This document shows, one piece after another, positions 63,460-64,000 of a stretch of DNA of 64,000 nt. The position numbers were made by a program, and so were the translations under genes. This DNA is from Tortispora ganteri (lineage: Eukaryota). The notes under the pieces are model-generated. The model searched no databases, was not told the DNA's origin, and saw only the letters and a program-made list of their open reading frames with translations. The stretch lies in contig PPNB01000019.1 of the NCBI GenBank assembly GCA_003707115.1, forward strand, positions 62,001-126,000, read 5' to 3'. Each line of letters begins with the position of its first letter. Position 1 is the first letter of the stretch.

Positions 63460-64000
63460 ATGTCGAAGTCATTCAAGGTTCCTAAGTTTGACCAAGGTGG
63501 TACTATCTGGGGTCCACAGACTCTGGACCCGATTTTAGCTGATATGGATATTCCATACGCCCCGTTTTCAAAGACCGATAAGATCGGAAAGGTTGCAGAC
63601 TTTCTTGGTGAAGGCCCGCGCGAACGTGACCGCAGGTCAAAAAAATCAGAACACCAAGGATACGGCGCCTCAGTCTCTTTGTTTACTATTGATCAGACTG
63701 AGGACGATTCGAACTTCAACGTAGTCGATTCTCGTCGTCGCGCTGCGGCCAAGAGTAAAGCTAAGCTTGTAAGATCTCGTGTAGGTGGTCCTACTAATAC
63801 TCGGGGCGCTGCACGAGACTCTGGCCGCTTTCCTCGCGGCAAGCCTCGCCGTTTTGGCTGGAAAGACTATGAACGCCCTCAAAGGCTTCGCGATGCTTCT
63901 GTCACTGTCCAAGAGGATTGGAAACTGATTGAGGAAATTGACTTTAGTCGCTTGTCTGTTTTAACACTTGATGTGGGCCATGGAACGGACGTTGAAACTT
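63460..64000 (+). CDS. Translation initiation factor eIF3 subunit d (5' part; runs off the window end; not in the ORF track)
   Basis: Manual translation: MSKSFKVPKFDQGGTIWGP...IPYAPFSKTDKIGKVADF...FGWKDYERPQRLRDASVTVQEDWKLIEEIDFSRL; open to the window edge. Confidence 0.92.
   Translation, partial: MSKSFKVPKFDQGGTIWGPQTLDPILADMDIPYAPFSKTDKIGKVADFLGEGPRERDRRSKKSEHQGYGASVSLFTIDQTEDDSNFNVVDSRRRAAAKSKAKLVRSRVGGPTNTRGAARDSGRFPRGKPRRFGWKDYERPQRLRDASVTVQEDWKLIEEIDFSRLSVLTLDVGHGTDVET

Noticed and set aside
1..64000. tRNA, rRNA, snRNA, LTR/transposon, CRISPR or horizontally acquired bacterial genes
   Set aside because: No cloverleaf, rRNA/snRNA signature, transposase/RT ORF or repeat-spacer array seen by eye; all recognised genes are fungal-type. 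tRNAscan-SE and Rfam scans would be needed to be certain

Overview
Gene-dense fungal (ascomycete yeast-like) nuclear DNA with about 36 protein-coding genes, few introns and very short intergenic gaps. CUG encodes Leu. Several genes lost from S. cerevisiae are present (eIF3d, cactin, canonical CAND1, FHIP/RAI16-like, BuGZ/ZNF207-like, LMBD1-like, GT90/CAP10-type glycosyltransferase, RAC1), which suggests an early-diverging Saccharomycotina lineage (inference). Three gene models need an upstream exon missing from the ORF track (RAC1, LMBD1-like, CAP2), and eIF3d runs off the right edge. I found no tRNA, rRNA, transposon or CRISPR array. Two non-coding signals stand out. (1) The 1.9 kb gap between CAND1 and an MFS transporter has minus-strand hairpins, orphan branch points and a telomere-template-like motif; it is a speculative candidate for a structured lncRNA, possibly telomerase RNA. 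(2) The ~1.5 kb leader of an Adr1/AmdX-type transcription factor is almost free of AUGs and contains a 632-nt 5'UTR intron, a single uORF and a GC-box cluster. All gene names come from my recognition of motifs; no database searches were run.
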